Assembly: GCA_035632115.1 (NCBI GenBank)
Contig: DASQHL010000144.1
Location: 1,833 to 65,832, forward strand
Reading direction: 5' to 3'
Source: Dehalococcoidia bacterium
GTDB lineage: Bacteria; Chloroflexota; Dehalococcoidia; DSTF01; JACRBR01
Length of the DNA: 64,000 bases
The notes under the pieces were generated by a model. The model saw only the letters and a list, made by a program, of their open reading frames with translations, ran no database searches and was not told the DNA's origin. This document shows positions 47,905 through 59,082 of this stretch, piece by piece. The translations under genes were made by a program, and so were the position numbers. Position 1 is the first letter of the stretch, and every line of letters starts with the position of its first letter.

Positions 47905-48368
47905 TGCTGGGCATCCTCAGGAGCATGGGCATGACCGCGCGCGCCGCCTTCCGAAGGCCGGTCACCATCCAGTACCCCACCGTCCACCGCGAGATCCCGA
48001 ACCGCGACCGCGCCTTCCCTATCCTGATCTGGGACGAGGAGCACGACGAGCCGTTCTGCACCGGCTGCCACGCCTGCGAGCGCGCCTGCCCCGTCGAGTG
48101 CATGACCGTCGTGATGAAGGACAACCCGAAGCACGCGGCCGGCGAGAGCAAGCGGCGCAAGATCATCGACGAGTTCTGGATCGACTACGGCCGCTGCATG
48201 CGCTGTAACATCTGCGTCGAGGTCTGCAACTTCGAGGCGATCGGCATGAATAACACCTGGGCCGGCCACGAGCTGTCGCGCTACGACCGCTCCGAGCTGG
48301 TGATGGATCTCGACCGGCTTCTTTCGCAGTCGATGGCGAAGAAGGTGGACCCGGGGTTGCGCGCATGA
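47904..48368 (+). CDS. nuoI: NADH-quinone oxidoreductase subunit I (2x[4Fe-4S])
   Basis: CTGCHACERACP and CMRCNICVEVCN ferredoxin motifs. Confidence 0.85.
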   Translation: MLGILRSMGMTARAAFRRPVTIQYPTVHREIPNRDRAFPILIWDEEHDEPFCTGCHACERACPVECMTVVMKDNPKHAAGESKRRKIIDEFWIDYGRCMRCNICVEVCNFEAIGMNNTWAGHELSRYDRSELVMDLDRLLSQSMAKKVDPGLRA

Positions 48369-48859
48369 CGCAGCTCTTCTTCGACCTCATGGCGGCGACG
48401 GTGATCGCGGGCGCGCTGGGCGTGGTGCTGGTCCGAAACGTCGTCTACGCCGCGCTGCTGCTGATCGTCTCGCTGATGGGCGTGGCCGGGCTGTACGTGC
48501 TCCTCTCGGTCGAGTTCCTGGCGCTGGTGCAGGTGCTGATCTACGGCGGCGCCGTGACGGTGCTCATCCTCTTCGCTCTCATGCTCACCCGCGTCCGCGA
48601 CCTGAAGGAGCACCTGGATGGCGACCAGCGGCCGCTGGCGGCGGTCGCCGCCCTCACGCTGCTCGGCGCCTTCGCCACGATGATGTACAAGACCACCTGG
48701 CCGCGCGATGTCGGCCAGGTCACCGTCATCCCGTTCAGCGATATCGGCACCGCGCTGTTCAACCGCTGGGCGGTGCCGTTCGAGATCGCGTCGGGCGTGC
48801 TGCTGGTGGCGCTAGTCGGCGCCATCGTCATCTCGCTGCAAGAAGAGGGAGAGCGCTAG
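48365..48859 (+). CDS. nuoJ: NADH-quinone oxidoreductase subunit J
   Basis: ND6-like, five TM helices. Overlaps the nuoI stop. Confidence 0.8.
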   Translation: MTQLFFDLMAATVIAGALGVVLVRNVVYAALLLIVSLMGVAGLYVLLSVEFLALVQVLIYGGAVTVLILFALMLTRVRDLKEHLDGDQRPLAAVAALTLLGAFATMMYKTTWPRDVGQVTVIPFSDIGTALFNRWAVPFEIASGVLLVALVGAIVISLQEEGER

Positions 48860-49186
48860 GTGCAGTCCGTTACACAGGGCGTCCCGCTGGAGCATTTCGT
48901 GATGCTCAGCGCGATCCTCTTCTCCATCGGCGTGTACGGCGTGCTGGCGCGGCGCAACGCTGTGCTGATCCTGATGTCTGTGGAGCTGATGCTGAACGCC
49001 GTCAGCATCAACCTGGTGGCGTTCGCGGTGTACACAGCGCCGTCGCTGTTCGTCGGCATCATCTTCGCCGTGTTCGTGATCACGATCGCGGCTGCGGAAG
49101 TGGGGCTCGCCCTGGCCGTGGTTCTGCGCGTGTTCCGGAACCGCGGCACGGCGAACGTGGACGAAGTTAACTCGCTCAAATGGTGA
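48860..49186 (+). CDS. nuoK: NADH-quinone oxidoreductase subunit K
   Basis: ND4L-like, three TM helices, LEHFVMLSAILFSIGVYGVL. Confidence 0.8.
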   Translation: MQSVTQGVPLEHFVMLSAILFSIGVYGVLARRNAVLILMSVELMLNAVSINLVAFAVYTAPSLFVGIIFAVFVITIAAAEVGLALAVVLRVFRNRGTANVDEVNSLKW

Positions 49187-49229
49187 GCGCCGTCGGAACG
49201 AGGGGGAGCTAGCCATCTTCGGGTTCGGT

Positions 49230-51131
<1,902 letters not shown>

Positions 51132-51143
51132 GCGAGGAGCGAC

Positions 51144-52649
51144 ATGCATTCCGGTTACTGGCTCCTGGCAACCATCGCCATTCCGCTGCTCGCCGCGGCG
51201 GTTCTGGTGTTCGTGCCGGACGACCGCAAGGACGTCGTCCGCTGGCTCAGCGCGGCCGTGGGCGCGGCGCTCTTCGCCCTCTCCGTCTACATCTTCTTCG
51301 CGTACGAGACGGACCGCGGCGGCGCCTACCAGTTCTACATGCGCTGGGACTGGCTGCAGAACGTCGCCTTCCTCGGGCCGCACGGCATCGCGCTGACCTT
51401 CGGCATCGATGGCATCGCCGCGCCGATGGTGCTGCTCACGGGCATCGTCGGGTTCGGCGGGGCGATGATCTCGTGGAAGATCGAGCACCACAACAAGGAT
51501 TTCTTCGTGCTGTTCTGGGTGCTCGTTGCCGGGGTCTTCGGCACGTTCACGTCGCTGGACCTCTTCTTCTTCTTCTTCTTCTACGAGGTCGCTGTGCTGC
51601 CCATGTACCTGCTGATCGCCGTTTGGGGCTCCAGCAGCGTGTTCCCGACGTTCTCGCGCACCAAGGAATACAGCGCGATGAAGCTGACCATCATGCTCGT
51701 CGCCGCGTCCATCCTGATCTTCCTCGGCATCTTCGCCGTGTTCAAGGAGGCGGGGCTCGGCACCTTCGACCTGCAGGCGCTGTACGCCCACAAGTTCGAT
51801 GACCGGTTCCAGAAGCTGGTCTTCCCGCTCTTCGTCATCGGCTGCGGCGTGCTCGCCGGCCTCTGGCCGTTCCACACCTGGTCGCCGGACGGCCACGTCT
51901 CCGCGCCGACCGCCGTCTCGATGCTGCACGCCGGCGTGCTGATGAAGCTCGGCGCGTTCGGCATCATCCGGCTCGGAATCCAGTTGCTTCCGGCTGGCGC
52001 GACGTTCTGGATGCCGGGGCTGATGATCCTCGCGACGTGCAACGTTGTCTACGGCGCCTTCGCGGCGACGGCGCAGCGCGACTTCAAGTACATGATCGGC
52101 TACTCATCGGTGAGCCACATGGGCCTCGTGCTGATGGGGCTCGCGACGATGAACGTGATCGGCGTCGATGGCGCCGTGCTGCAGATGTTCGCGCACGGCG
52201 TCATGACCGCCACCTTCTTCGCCATGGTCGGCGCGGTGTACGACCAGACGCACACCCGCGACATGCGGTCGTACGGCGGCCTGGTGAACAAGATGCCGCT
52301 GTTCGTGTTCTTCTTCGGCATCGCCGGGTTGGCGTCGCTGGGGCTGCCCGGCCTTGCCGGCTTCATCGCCGAGCTCAACATCTTCATCGGCGCCTTCCGC
52401 ACCTACCCGTGGGCCGGCGCGCTAGGCATCTTCGCCGCCATGATGACGGCCGTCTACATCCTGCGCATGTGGACGTGGACGTTCTTCGGCACCTTCAACG
52501 AGCGCTGGGCCACGCTCACGGAGATGACCTACCTGGAGCGCGCCACCGCCGTCCTCCTGCTTGGCTCCATGCTGTTCATGGGCCTCTACCCCGCGCCGTT
52601 CATCGACCGCATCCAGGAGAGCGTGCGCCTCCTGCCGGGAGTCTCATGA
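51144..52649 (+). CDS. nuoM: NADH-quinone oxidoreductase subunit M
   Basis: ND4 family: HTWSPDGHVSAPTAVSMLHAGVLMKLGAFG. Confidence 0.85.
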   Translation: MHSGYWLLATIAIPLLAAAVLVFVPDDRKDVVRWLSAAVGAALFALSVYIFFAYETDRGGAYQFYMRWDWLQNVAFLGPHGIALTFGIDGIAAPMVLLTGIVGFGGAMISWKIEHHNKDFFVLFWVLVAGVFGTFTSLDLFFFFFFYEVAVLPMYLLIAVWGSSSVFPTFSRTKEYSAMKLTIMLVAASILIFLGIFAVFKEAGLGTFDLQALYAHKFDDRFQKLVFPLFVIGCGVLAGLWPFHTWSPDGHVSAPTAVSMLHAGVLMKLGAFGIIRLGIQLLPAGATFWMPGLMILATCNVVYGAFAATAQRDFKYMIGYSSVSHMGLVLMGLATMNVIGVDGAVLQMFAHGVMTATFFAMVGAVYDQTHTRDMRSYGGLVNKMPLFVFFFGIAGLASLGLPGLAGFIAELNIFIGAFRTYPWAGALGIFAAMMTAVYILRMWTWTFFGTFNERWATLTEMTYLERATAVLLLGSMLFMGLYPAPFIDRIQESVRLLPGVS

Positions 52650-54091
52650 ACGGGCTGAACTTCGACTACTCGCTGTTCATCCCGGAGTACCTGCTCGTCG
52701 GCCTCGTGCTGGCGGTGATGGCGCTGGATCTGTTCGCGCCCGGCTTCCGCAAGGCGTGGCTCTCCTGGGTCGCCGCCGCGGGCCTCGCTGCTGTCGCCGC
52801 CGCGTCGCTTGCCTGGGTGGGCAAGCAGAGCAACTTCGCCGGCATCGTCGCGATCGACAACTACACGACGTACTTCCGCGTGTTCTTCATGGCCACCGCC
52901 GCCGTCGTGTGCCTCGCGTCGGGCCGGCTCGTCGAGCAGAAGCTGGAGCACCCTGGCGAATACTACTCGCTGATCATCCTCTCGACCATCGGCGCCATCG
53001 GCATGGCCGCCGCGCGCGAACTGATGACCGCGTACCTCTCGCTGGAACTGCTGAGCTTCAGCCTCTACATTCTGGTCGGCTACCAGAAGTTCAACGCGAA
53101 GTCGAACGAAGCCGGCATCAAGTACCTGCTGCTCGGCGCATTCGCCTCTGCGATGTTCCTGTACGGCCTGAGCCTGATCTACGGCGTCACCGGCACCACG
53201 TACTACAGCGACATCGCGGCCCAGCTCCGCGCCGGCACGCACGGCTTCAGCTTCGCCCTCCTGATGGCGCTGGTGCTGGTCATCACCGGCCTCGGCTTCA
53301 AGGTTGCCGCCGTGCCGTTCCACATGTGGACGCCCGACGCCTACGAAGGCGCGCCCGTCGCCATCACCGCCTACCTCTCGACGACGTCGAAGGCGGCGGG
53401 CTTCGCGCTGTTGCTACGCCTGTTCGGCGGCGCCTTCCAGGTCGTGCACAACGACTGGAGCTGGATGATCGCGGGCATCGCCGCAGCGTCGATGATCCTC
53501 GGCAACCTGGTCGCGCTGCAGCAGCACAACATCAAGCGCCTGATGGCGTACTCGTCGATCGGCCAGATCGGCTACATGCTGATGGGGATCGCCGGGCTCT
53601 CGCACGACACCGCGTCCGCGCTCGTGCTGCACATGACCGGCTACATGGTCTCGAACATGGCGATCTTCGTGGTGATCATCGCCTGGTACAACCTCACCGG
53701 CACTGACGAAATCGAGGACTTCCGCGGCATGCGCGAGCGGGCGCCGCTGCTCGCGGGCACGCTGGCCGGCGCGCTCTTCTCGCTGGCCGGGCTGCCGCTG
53801 TTCGCCGGTTTCGTGACGAAGTTCATCCTCTTCCAGGCGGTGACCGATGCCGGTTACTACTGGCTCGCAGGCATCGGCATCGTCACCAGCGTGATCTCGC
53901 TCTTCTACTACCTGCAGGTGATGCGCCAGGCGTTCGTCAGCGCGCCCGCGGAGGGCGAGGGCGCTCTGAACGTGCCGGTGTTGATGAACGGCCTCGCCTT
54001 CGCGCTCATGCTCGGCGTCTTCTACATCGGCCTCTACCCGCAGCAGCTCTTCGACGCGATCCACAACGCGACTGGCTTCCTCTTCGTGTGA
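52646..54091 (+). CDS. nuoN: NADH-quinone oxidoreductase subunit N
   Basis: ND2 family: FHMWTPDAYEGAPVAITAYL. Start overlaps the nuoM stop. Confidence 0.85.
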   Translation: MNGLNFDYSLFIPEYLLVGLVLAVMALDLFAPGFRKAWLSWVAAAGLAAVAAASLAWVGKQSNFAGIVAIDNYTTYFRVFFMATAAVVCLASGRLVEQKLEHPGEYYSLIILSTIGAIGMAAARELMTAYLSLELLSFSLYILVGYQKFNAKSNEAGIKYLLLGAFASAMFLYGLSLIYGVTGTTYYSDIAAQLRAGTHGFSFALLMALVLVITGLGFKVAAVPFHMWTPDAYEGAPVAITAYLSTTSKAAGFALLLRLFGGAFQVVHNDWSWMIAGIAAASMILGNLVALQQHNIKRLMAYSSIGQIGYMLMGIAGLSHDTASALVLHMTGYMVSNMAIFVVIIAWYNLTGTDEIEDFRGMRERAPLLAGTLAGALFSLAGLPLFAGFVTKFILFQAVTDAGYYWLAGIGIVTSVISLFYYLQVMRQAFVSAPAEGEGALNVPVLMNGLAFALMLGVFYIGLYPQQLFDAIHNATGFLFV

Positions 54092-54209
54092 TCCGCCGCC
54101 CGCTCGCCGCCGCAGGGGCGCAGCCTGCTGCGCCCGTCACCGTGCCGCAAACGCCACACGGTTGCGCCCGGCCGGCCGCCGGTGCCGGCGGCCTGATACC
54201 ATCTCGTCC

Positions 54210-54410
54210 ATGATCCGCGCCGCCACGCCGAACGACACGCACGCCATCGCTGCGCTGATCCGCGCACTTGCCGAGTACGAGCACCTCGCGCACGAAGTCG
54301 TGTTCGACGAGATAGCCCTCCATGCGCACCTGTTCGGCGAGCGCCCGTACGCGGAGGTGCTCCTCGCCGAGGAGGAGGGCCAGGTCGCGCTGGCTGGGAT
54401 TACGAGGTAG
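54210..54410 (+). pseudogene. GNAT N-acetyltransferase remnant (N-terminal about 65 aa only; truncated at an insertion boundary)
   Basis: MIRAATPNDTHAIAALIRALAEYEHLAHEVVFDEIALHAHLFGERPYAEVLLAEEEGQV is a typical GNAT N-terminus. It ends at a stop followed by lower-GC DNA. The remaining ~100 aa expected for a GNAT are absent. Confidence 0.55.
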
Positions 54411-54480
54411 AGCTCTTGAGAGGTAGTGTGTTAGAGTTCGTCGAGGCTAGACGCTGCGGTGTCTCAAGCGGGAGGTAGGG

Positions 54481-54876
54481 ATGGAACCAGAAGGCGAGCT
54501 CTTCGTTTCAGACTGGATCCGGCGGCAGACCGAGGGCGCGAGACTGAGCCCGAAGGCTACGAGGTTCCTAACGGACATCGTGGTGGAGGCATTGGACAGT
54601 CGTCTGGCGGAGCCGGAAGCGAGATTCGCGCTCAGTTCTTTCCCGACCTCAAGCCGACTAGGCTCGTCTGAAGCCAGTGCGATGCTCGATCGATCCCCGC
54701 TCGAGTACGTCGTGAGGGACCTGGTCACGCCCATCGGGCCAATTGTTGCGAACGAGCAGGTCTTGCTGGCCGATTTGCTGGTTGCCATCAATCTGAAATG
54801 GTGCAGTGTGTGGCCGTTTTGCAGGAAGCCGGGTGGTTCGCTGGACCTGTCTCAAGCATTCCAACCGGTTAGGTAG
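54481..54876 (+). CDS. Hypothetical cytoplasmic protein (islet ORF 1)
   Basis: RBS GGGAGGTAGGG-ATG. 131 aa. No recognizable motif. Confidence 0.4.
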   Translation: MEPEGELFVSDWIRRQTEGARLSPKATRFLTDIVVEALDSRLAEPEARFALSSFPTSSRLGSSEASAMLDRSPLEYVVRDLVTPIGPIVANEQVLLADLLVAINLKWCSVWPFCRKPGGSLDLSQAFQPVR

Positions 54877-54941
54877 GTTTACACGTGGCTACCAACGCAG
54901 GAGATGCTGAGGGCGAAACGCCAAAAACCGGAGTGACCGTC

Positions 54942-55316
54942 ATGGGTAACGCTGATGATGACAGGATGGAAAACGCGAGGAAGGCGCTTGAATTCGCCGA
55001 CGCTTGGGCCAAGCTTATATCGAGCCTGTCCACAGGGACGCTAGTGTTGAGCGCGACGTTCATTAAGGATCTCTTCCCGGATGCGCACGCCTTTGCTCTT
55101 AAGAAGGTGCTCTTTGCCTCGTGGAGTGCGCTCGGGTTGGCGGCCGCCCTCGGCCTCATGGTGCTGGGAGCTCTTGTTGCCGAATTGGATGGCTACAAGA
55201 CGGGCGGGCGCCCAAGCGTCTTCGCTGGGGCGATCCAGTTTTGGGCGATTGCGCAGTTCGTGATGTTTGCTCTGGGCGTCTTACTGTTTGCCATATTCAT
55301 CGGGAAGAACCTCTGA
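54942..55316 (+). CDS. Small membrane protein with two C-terminal TM helices (islet ORF 2)
   Basis: GGAG 8 nt upstream of the ATG. Soluble N-terminal ~55 aa, then VLFASWSALGLAAALGLMVLGALVAEL and AIQFWAIAQFVMFALGVLLFAIFIG. Confidence 0.4.
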   Translation: MGNADDDRMENARKALEFADAWAKLISSLSTGTLVLSATFIKDLFPDAHAFALKKVLFASWSALGLAAALGLMVLGALVAELDGYKTGGRPSVFAGAIQFWAIAQFVMFALGVLLFAIFIGKNL

Positions 55317-55356
55317 TGCCTCGTGCTCTGACGCAGCGCCGTTCAGCGGTTCGTAT

Positions 55357-56727
55357 CTACAGCACCGCCAAATACCGGTCCATCTCGAAGTCGCTGACAT
55401 GCCGGCGGTAGGCGTCCCACTCGATCGTCTTGTTCTGGAGCAGGCTGTCGAACACGTGGTCGCCCAGCGCCCGGCGCGCGAAGTCGCTCTTCGCGAACGC
55501 CTGGATCGCCTCCTTCAGGCTCCCCGGCAGCGTCTCGATGCCCCGGCGCTCGCGCTCGGCGGCGGTGACCTCGAACACGTTCTCCTCCGTCGGCGCCCCC
55601 AGCGGGTACTCCTTCTCGATGCCCTCCAGCCCGGCGGCGAGCATCACAGCGAACGCCAGGTACGGATTGCACGCGGCGTCCGGCGCACGATACTCCAGGC
55701 GCGTCGCGACCTCCTTGCCCGGCTTGTACTGCGGCACGCGGATCAGGTCGGAGCGGTTGCGGCGCGCCCACGTGATGTAGACCGGCGCCTCGTAGCCCGG
55801 CATCAGGCGCTTGTAGCTGTTCACCCACTGGTTCGTCACCAGCGTGAACTCCGGCGCGTGGCGCAGCAGCCCCGCCATGAACGACTTCCCGATCGGCGAA
55901 AGATGGTACTCGTCCTCGGCGTCGAAGAAGGCGTTGCGGTCGCCCTTGAACAGCGACTGGTGCGTGTGCATGCCGGAGCCGTTCTCGTTCGCCAGCGGCT
56001 TCGGCATGAACGTCGCGTAAACGCCGTTCGCCAGCGCCACCTCCTTGACGACGAGGCGGTACGTCATGGCGTTGTCGGCCATCGTCAGCGCGTCGGTGTA
56101 GCGCAGGTCGATCTCGTGCTGGCTCGGCGCCACTTCGTGGTGGCTGTACTCCACGCCGATGCCCATCTCTTCCAGCGTCAGCACCGTCTGGCGGCGCAGG
56201 TCGCTCGCCACGTCCAGCGGCGTCAGGTCGAAGTAGCCGCCCTTGTCGAGACCCTCCGGCGCCTCCGATGACTTGAAGTAGAAAAACTCCAGCTCCGGTC
56301 CCACGTAGAACGTGTAGCCGAGGTCGGCGGCGCGCTTGAGCTGGCGTTTCAGGACGAAGCGCGGGTCGCCCTCGAACGGCGCGCCGTCGGGATGGAGGAT
56401 GTCGCAGAACATGCGCGCGACGCCGCGCTCCCGCGGCCGCCACGGCAGGATGGCGAACGTCCCCGGGTCGGGCATGGCGATCATGTCCGACTCGTCGATG
56501 CGCGCGAAGCCCTCGATGCTGCTGCCGTCGAATCCCTGCCCCTCGTCCAGCGCCTGCTCCAGCTCCTCCACCGTGATCGCGAACGATTTCAGCGACCCCA
56601 GGATGTCGGTGAACCAGAGGCGGATGAACTTCACGTCGTGGTCGCGGCAGGTGGTGAGGACGTAGTCCCGCTGGTCATGGTGCATGGACATGTGTTGTGT
56701 CTCCGCTGCTTCGCGTTTCCCCATCAT
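55357..56727 (-). CDS. glnA: Glutamine synthetase (type I-like)
   Basis: VKFIRLWFTDILG...GPELEFF...NGSGMHTHQS...RVP motifs. The true start is probably an internal ATG (56691 or 56685). Confidence 0.85.
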   Translation of the reverse strand: MMGKREAAETQHMSMHHDQRDYVLTTCRDHDVKFIRLWFTDILGSLKSFAITVEELEQALDEGQGFDGSSIEGFARIDESDMIAMPDPGTFAILPWRPRERGVARMFCDILHPDGAPFEGDPRFVLKRQLKRAADLGYTFYVGPELEFFYFKSSEAPEGLDKGGYFDLTPLDVASDLRRQTVLTLEEMGIGVEYSHHEVAPSQHEIDLRYTDALTMADNAMTYRLVVKEVALANGVYATFMPKPLANENGSGMHTHQSLFKGDRNAFFDAEDEYHLSPIGKSFMAGLLRHAPEFTLVTNQWVNSYKRLMPGYEAPVYITWARRNRSDLIRVPQYKPGKEVATRLEYRAPDAACNPYLAFAVMLAAGLEGIEKEYPLGAPTEENVFEVTAAERERRGIETLPGSLKEAIQAFAKSDFARRALGDHVFDSLLQNKTIEWDAYRRHVSDFEMDRYLAVL

Positions 56728-56804
56728 TGTACCTGCGCCGCCGCTGCCGGGTGTCGCGCTTCGCCGGCCGCCGTGTAGCGCGTAACGCAGAATTAACGCC
56801 GGTG

Positions 56805-58310
56805 CTACGCCCGCAGCCAGTCGGCCATCCGCTCGCCGATCATGATCGATGTCAGGTGGATGTTCGCGCGCGGGCAGCGCGGCATCACCGATGCGTCCGC
56901 GACAAACAGGTTCTCGAAGCCGCGCAGGCGCAGCCGCTGGTCGACCACGCCCATCGGGTCTGATGCCGGCGCCATCTTCGCCGTGCAGCTAGGGTGGAAG
57001 CCGCTGCCCGCCACGCGGCGCACCCACTCCGCCAGCGACGCGTCGTCACGCACGACCTCCTCCGTGGGCGATAGCAGGCCGTCGTTCAGGTGCTCGAACT
57101 CGCGCCGCATGCCCACCGCCAACCCCATCCGCACCCCCTCGACGAGCCGCCGCACGTCGTCCGGGTGGTCGCAGTAGCGGTTCTCGATCCGCGGCGCCGC
57201 CAGCGGGTCGGCCGACGTCAGCGTGACGCGCCCCGTCGACTTCTGCCGCTCGATCACGCTCGCGATCGAATACGCCATGCGCCCGTCGCCGGTTGGCAGC
57301 TGCGAGCCGGGCATCAGCTGCATGTCGTTGCGCTCCTCGCCCAGCGACGAGGTGTAGCGGTACGTCACCTGTACCAGCGGGTCGTCCGGGTCCAGCACGC
57401 CATCCTTCGCGCGAAACGTCACGCCAAGCATCGGGTGGTCGTCCAGATTCGCGCCCACGCCCGGCAGGTCGCGCACCACGCCGATGCCGTGCTCGCGGAG
57501 GTGCGCCTCCGGTCCGATGCCCGAGCGCATGAGGATCGCCGGCGTGCCGATCGCCCCGGCCGAGAGCACGATCCGGTCGCCCTCCACCACCTCCCTGGCG
57601 CCGCCGACGTCGATCTCCACGCCCGTCGCTCGTGCGCCGCCGGTGACGATGCGGCAGACGTGCGCGCCGCCGCGGATCGTCAGGTTCGGGCGCCGCCGCG
57701 CCGGCTCGACGTAGCAGATCGCCACGCTCAGCCGCAGGCGTCCGCGCTTGTTCATCGGGTGCGGTCCCAGGCCGGTCGACCGCGGGTCGTTGTTGTCGCG
57801 CGTCTCCGGGAACCCCAGCGCCCGCGCCGCCCGCACGAATGCCGCCTGCACCGGCACCAGTTCGCCCTCACGGTAGCGGCGGATCGGCACGGGCCCGTCG
57901 CGCCCGTGAAAGTCGTCGTCGAAGTCCAGGTCCGCCTCCAGCTTGCGGAAATACGGCAGCACCTTCGCCCACGACCACTCGTCGTTGCCCAGCGCCGCCC
58001 ACTCGTCATAATCCTCGGGCACCCCCCGCAGCGCGATCGCCGTGTTGACGGCGGAAGAGCCGCCGACGACGCGCCCGCGCGGGAAGCGCGACTGGCGGCC
58101 GGAGCGGTTGTTCTCCGACGTGTAGCCCCAGTCGTGCGCCGTGTACGAGTTGTTGTTGCCGTTCAGCAGGTCGTCCGGCATCTCCGCGGTCGTCGCGTAG
58201 TGCGGCCCCGCCTCCAGGAGCAGCACCCGCCGCCCCGCGTCCTCCGAGAGCCGCGCGGCGACCGGCGCTCCGGCCGCCCCCGCCCCGATGACGATCGTGT
58301 CGTACCGCAT
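56805..58310 (-). CDS. GMC-family FAD-dependent oxidoreductase (choline dehydrogenase-like)
   Basis: MRYDTIVIGAGAAGAPVAARLSEDAGRRVLLLEAGP Rossmann start and the C-terminal GMC signature. Confidence 0.85.
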   Translation of the reverse strand: MRYDTIVIGAGAAGAPVAARLSEDAGRRVLLLEAGPHYATTAEMPDDLLNGNNNSYTAHDWGYTSENNRSGRQSRFPRGRVVGGSSAVNTAIALRGVPEDYDEWAALGNDEWSWAKVLPYFRKLEADLDFDDDFHGRDGPVPIRRYREGELVPVQAAFVRAARALGFPETRDNNDPRSTGLGPHPMNKRGRLRLSVAICYVEPARRRPNLTIRGGAHVCRIVTGGARATGVEIDVGGAREVVEGDRIVLSAGAIGTPAILMRSGIGPEAHLREHGIGVVRDLPGVGANLDDHPMLGVTFRAKDGVLDPDDPLVQVTYRYTSSLGEERNDMQLMPGSQLPTGDGRMAYSIASVIERQKSTGRVTLTSADPLAAPRIENRYCDHPDDVRRLVEGVRMGLAVGMRREFEHLNDGLLSPTEEVVRDDASLAEWVRRVAGSGFHPSCTAKMAPASDPMGVVDQRLRLRGFENLFVADASVMPRCPRANIHLTSIMIGERMADWLRA

Positions 58311-58384
58311 GCGCCCCTCCGGCCCGTATCCTAGCGGCCGCAGCGCGCAGGGGCACCTGCCTTTGGGCCGCCACCTGTTCTACA

Positions 58385-58867
58385 ATGCCGGCGATGGAGT
58401 TCTCGCACGACGCCAACTGCGACGGCAAGCACCCGCCGCGCCAGCGTTGCAACGACGCCCTGGCTGCCGGCGCGGAGCGGCGTTTCGAGCTGCCGTGGCG
58501 CGCCGCGGCGAACGGCGCCGCGTCTCATGGCGACGTGTCTGCACTCCGGGAAGAACCGGCGGTCGACGCGCCGCGCGAGGTCGTCGCAGCTGCCGAGCCC
58601 ACCGTCGATCCGCAGCGCGATGCCATCGCCGCCGTGGAGCCCGCACCGCCGTCTGCGTACACCGCGCAAGCATGGCAGAGCACCGTCGCCGCATTGGAAG
58701 AGCCGGATCACGCCGCTTCGGATCGCGGCCATGCGGTTGAAGCGGTGGCGAAGCGCGCGCCCCCCCGGTTCGCCCGCGCCGGGCTGCTCGTCGCGACCGG
58801 CGTGGTCGCGTTGCTGCTGTGGTCGTTGGCACGCCCGCGCCGCGCCGAGGCGCCGGAGCGGGGATAG
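58385..58867 (+). CDS. Hypothetical protein with C-terminal TM anchor
   Basis: High GC3. C-terminal AGLLVATGVVALLLWSLA helix. No homology recognized. Confidence 0.3.
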   Translation: MPAMEFSHDANCDGKHPPRQRCNDALAAGAERRFELPWRAAANGAASHGDVSALREEPAVDAPREVVAAAEPTVDPQRDAIAAVEPAPPSAYTAQAWQSTVAALEEPDHAASDRGHAVEAVAKRAPPRFARAGLLVATGVVALLLWSLARPRRAEAPERG

Positions 58868-59082
58868 GCGCCACGGCCACCTACCCGCTTCGGCCCACCA
58901 TCTGCGTCTCGTCTGTGTTATCCGCGGATCCGCTCGATCGGCCCCGCTCGCCCAACCGCCGCCCGCGCGTCAGCGAGGGATCTCCCGGGCCAGGTCTGCC
59001 TTCCGCGATGTTCGTCGCACGCCCGGCTCGCGAGCCAGACCATCTGTGCCCGTTTACGTCATCCGTGGATCGCCGGCGCGCG

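Larger units (their letters stand above)
54411..55320 (+). other. Lower-GC (about 54%) insertion carrying two small ORFs, replacing the 3' part of the GNAT gene
   Basis: The compositional shift is visible by eye against the ~70% GC neighbours. No flanking direct repeats were identified. Confidence 0.4.

Noticed and set aside
51564-51581. (TTC)6 trinucleotide repeat
   Set aside because: Lies inside nuoM and encodes an in-frame FFFFFF within a TM helix. It is not a regulatory or CRISPR-like repeat, only a potential slippage site.
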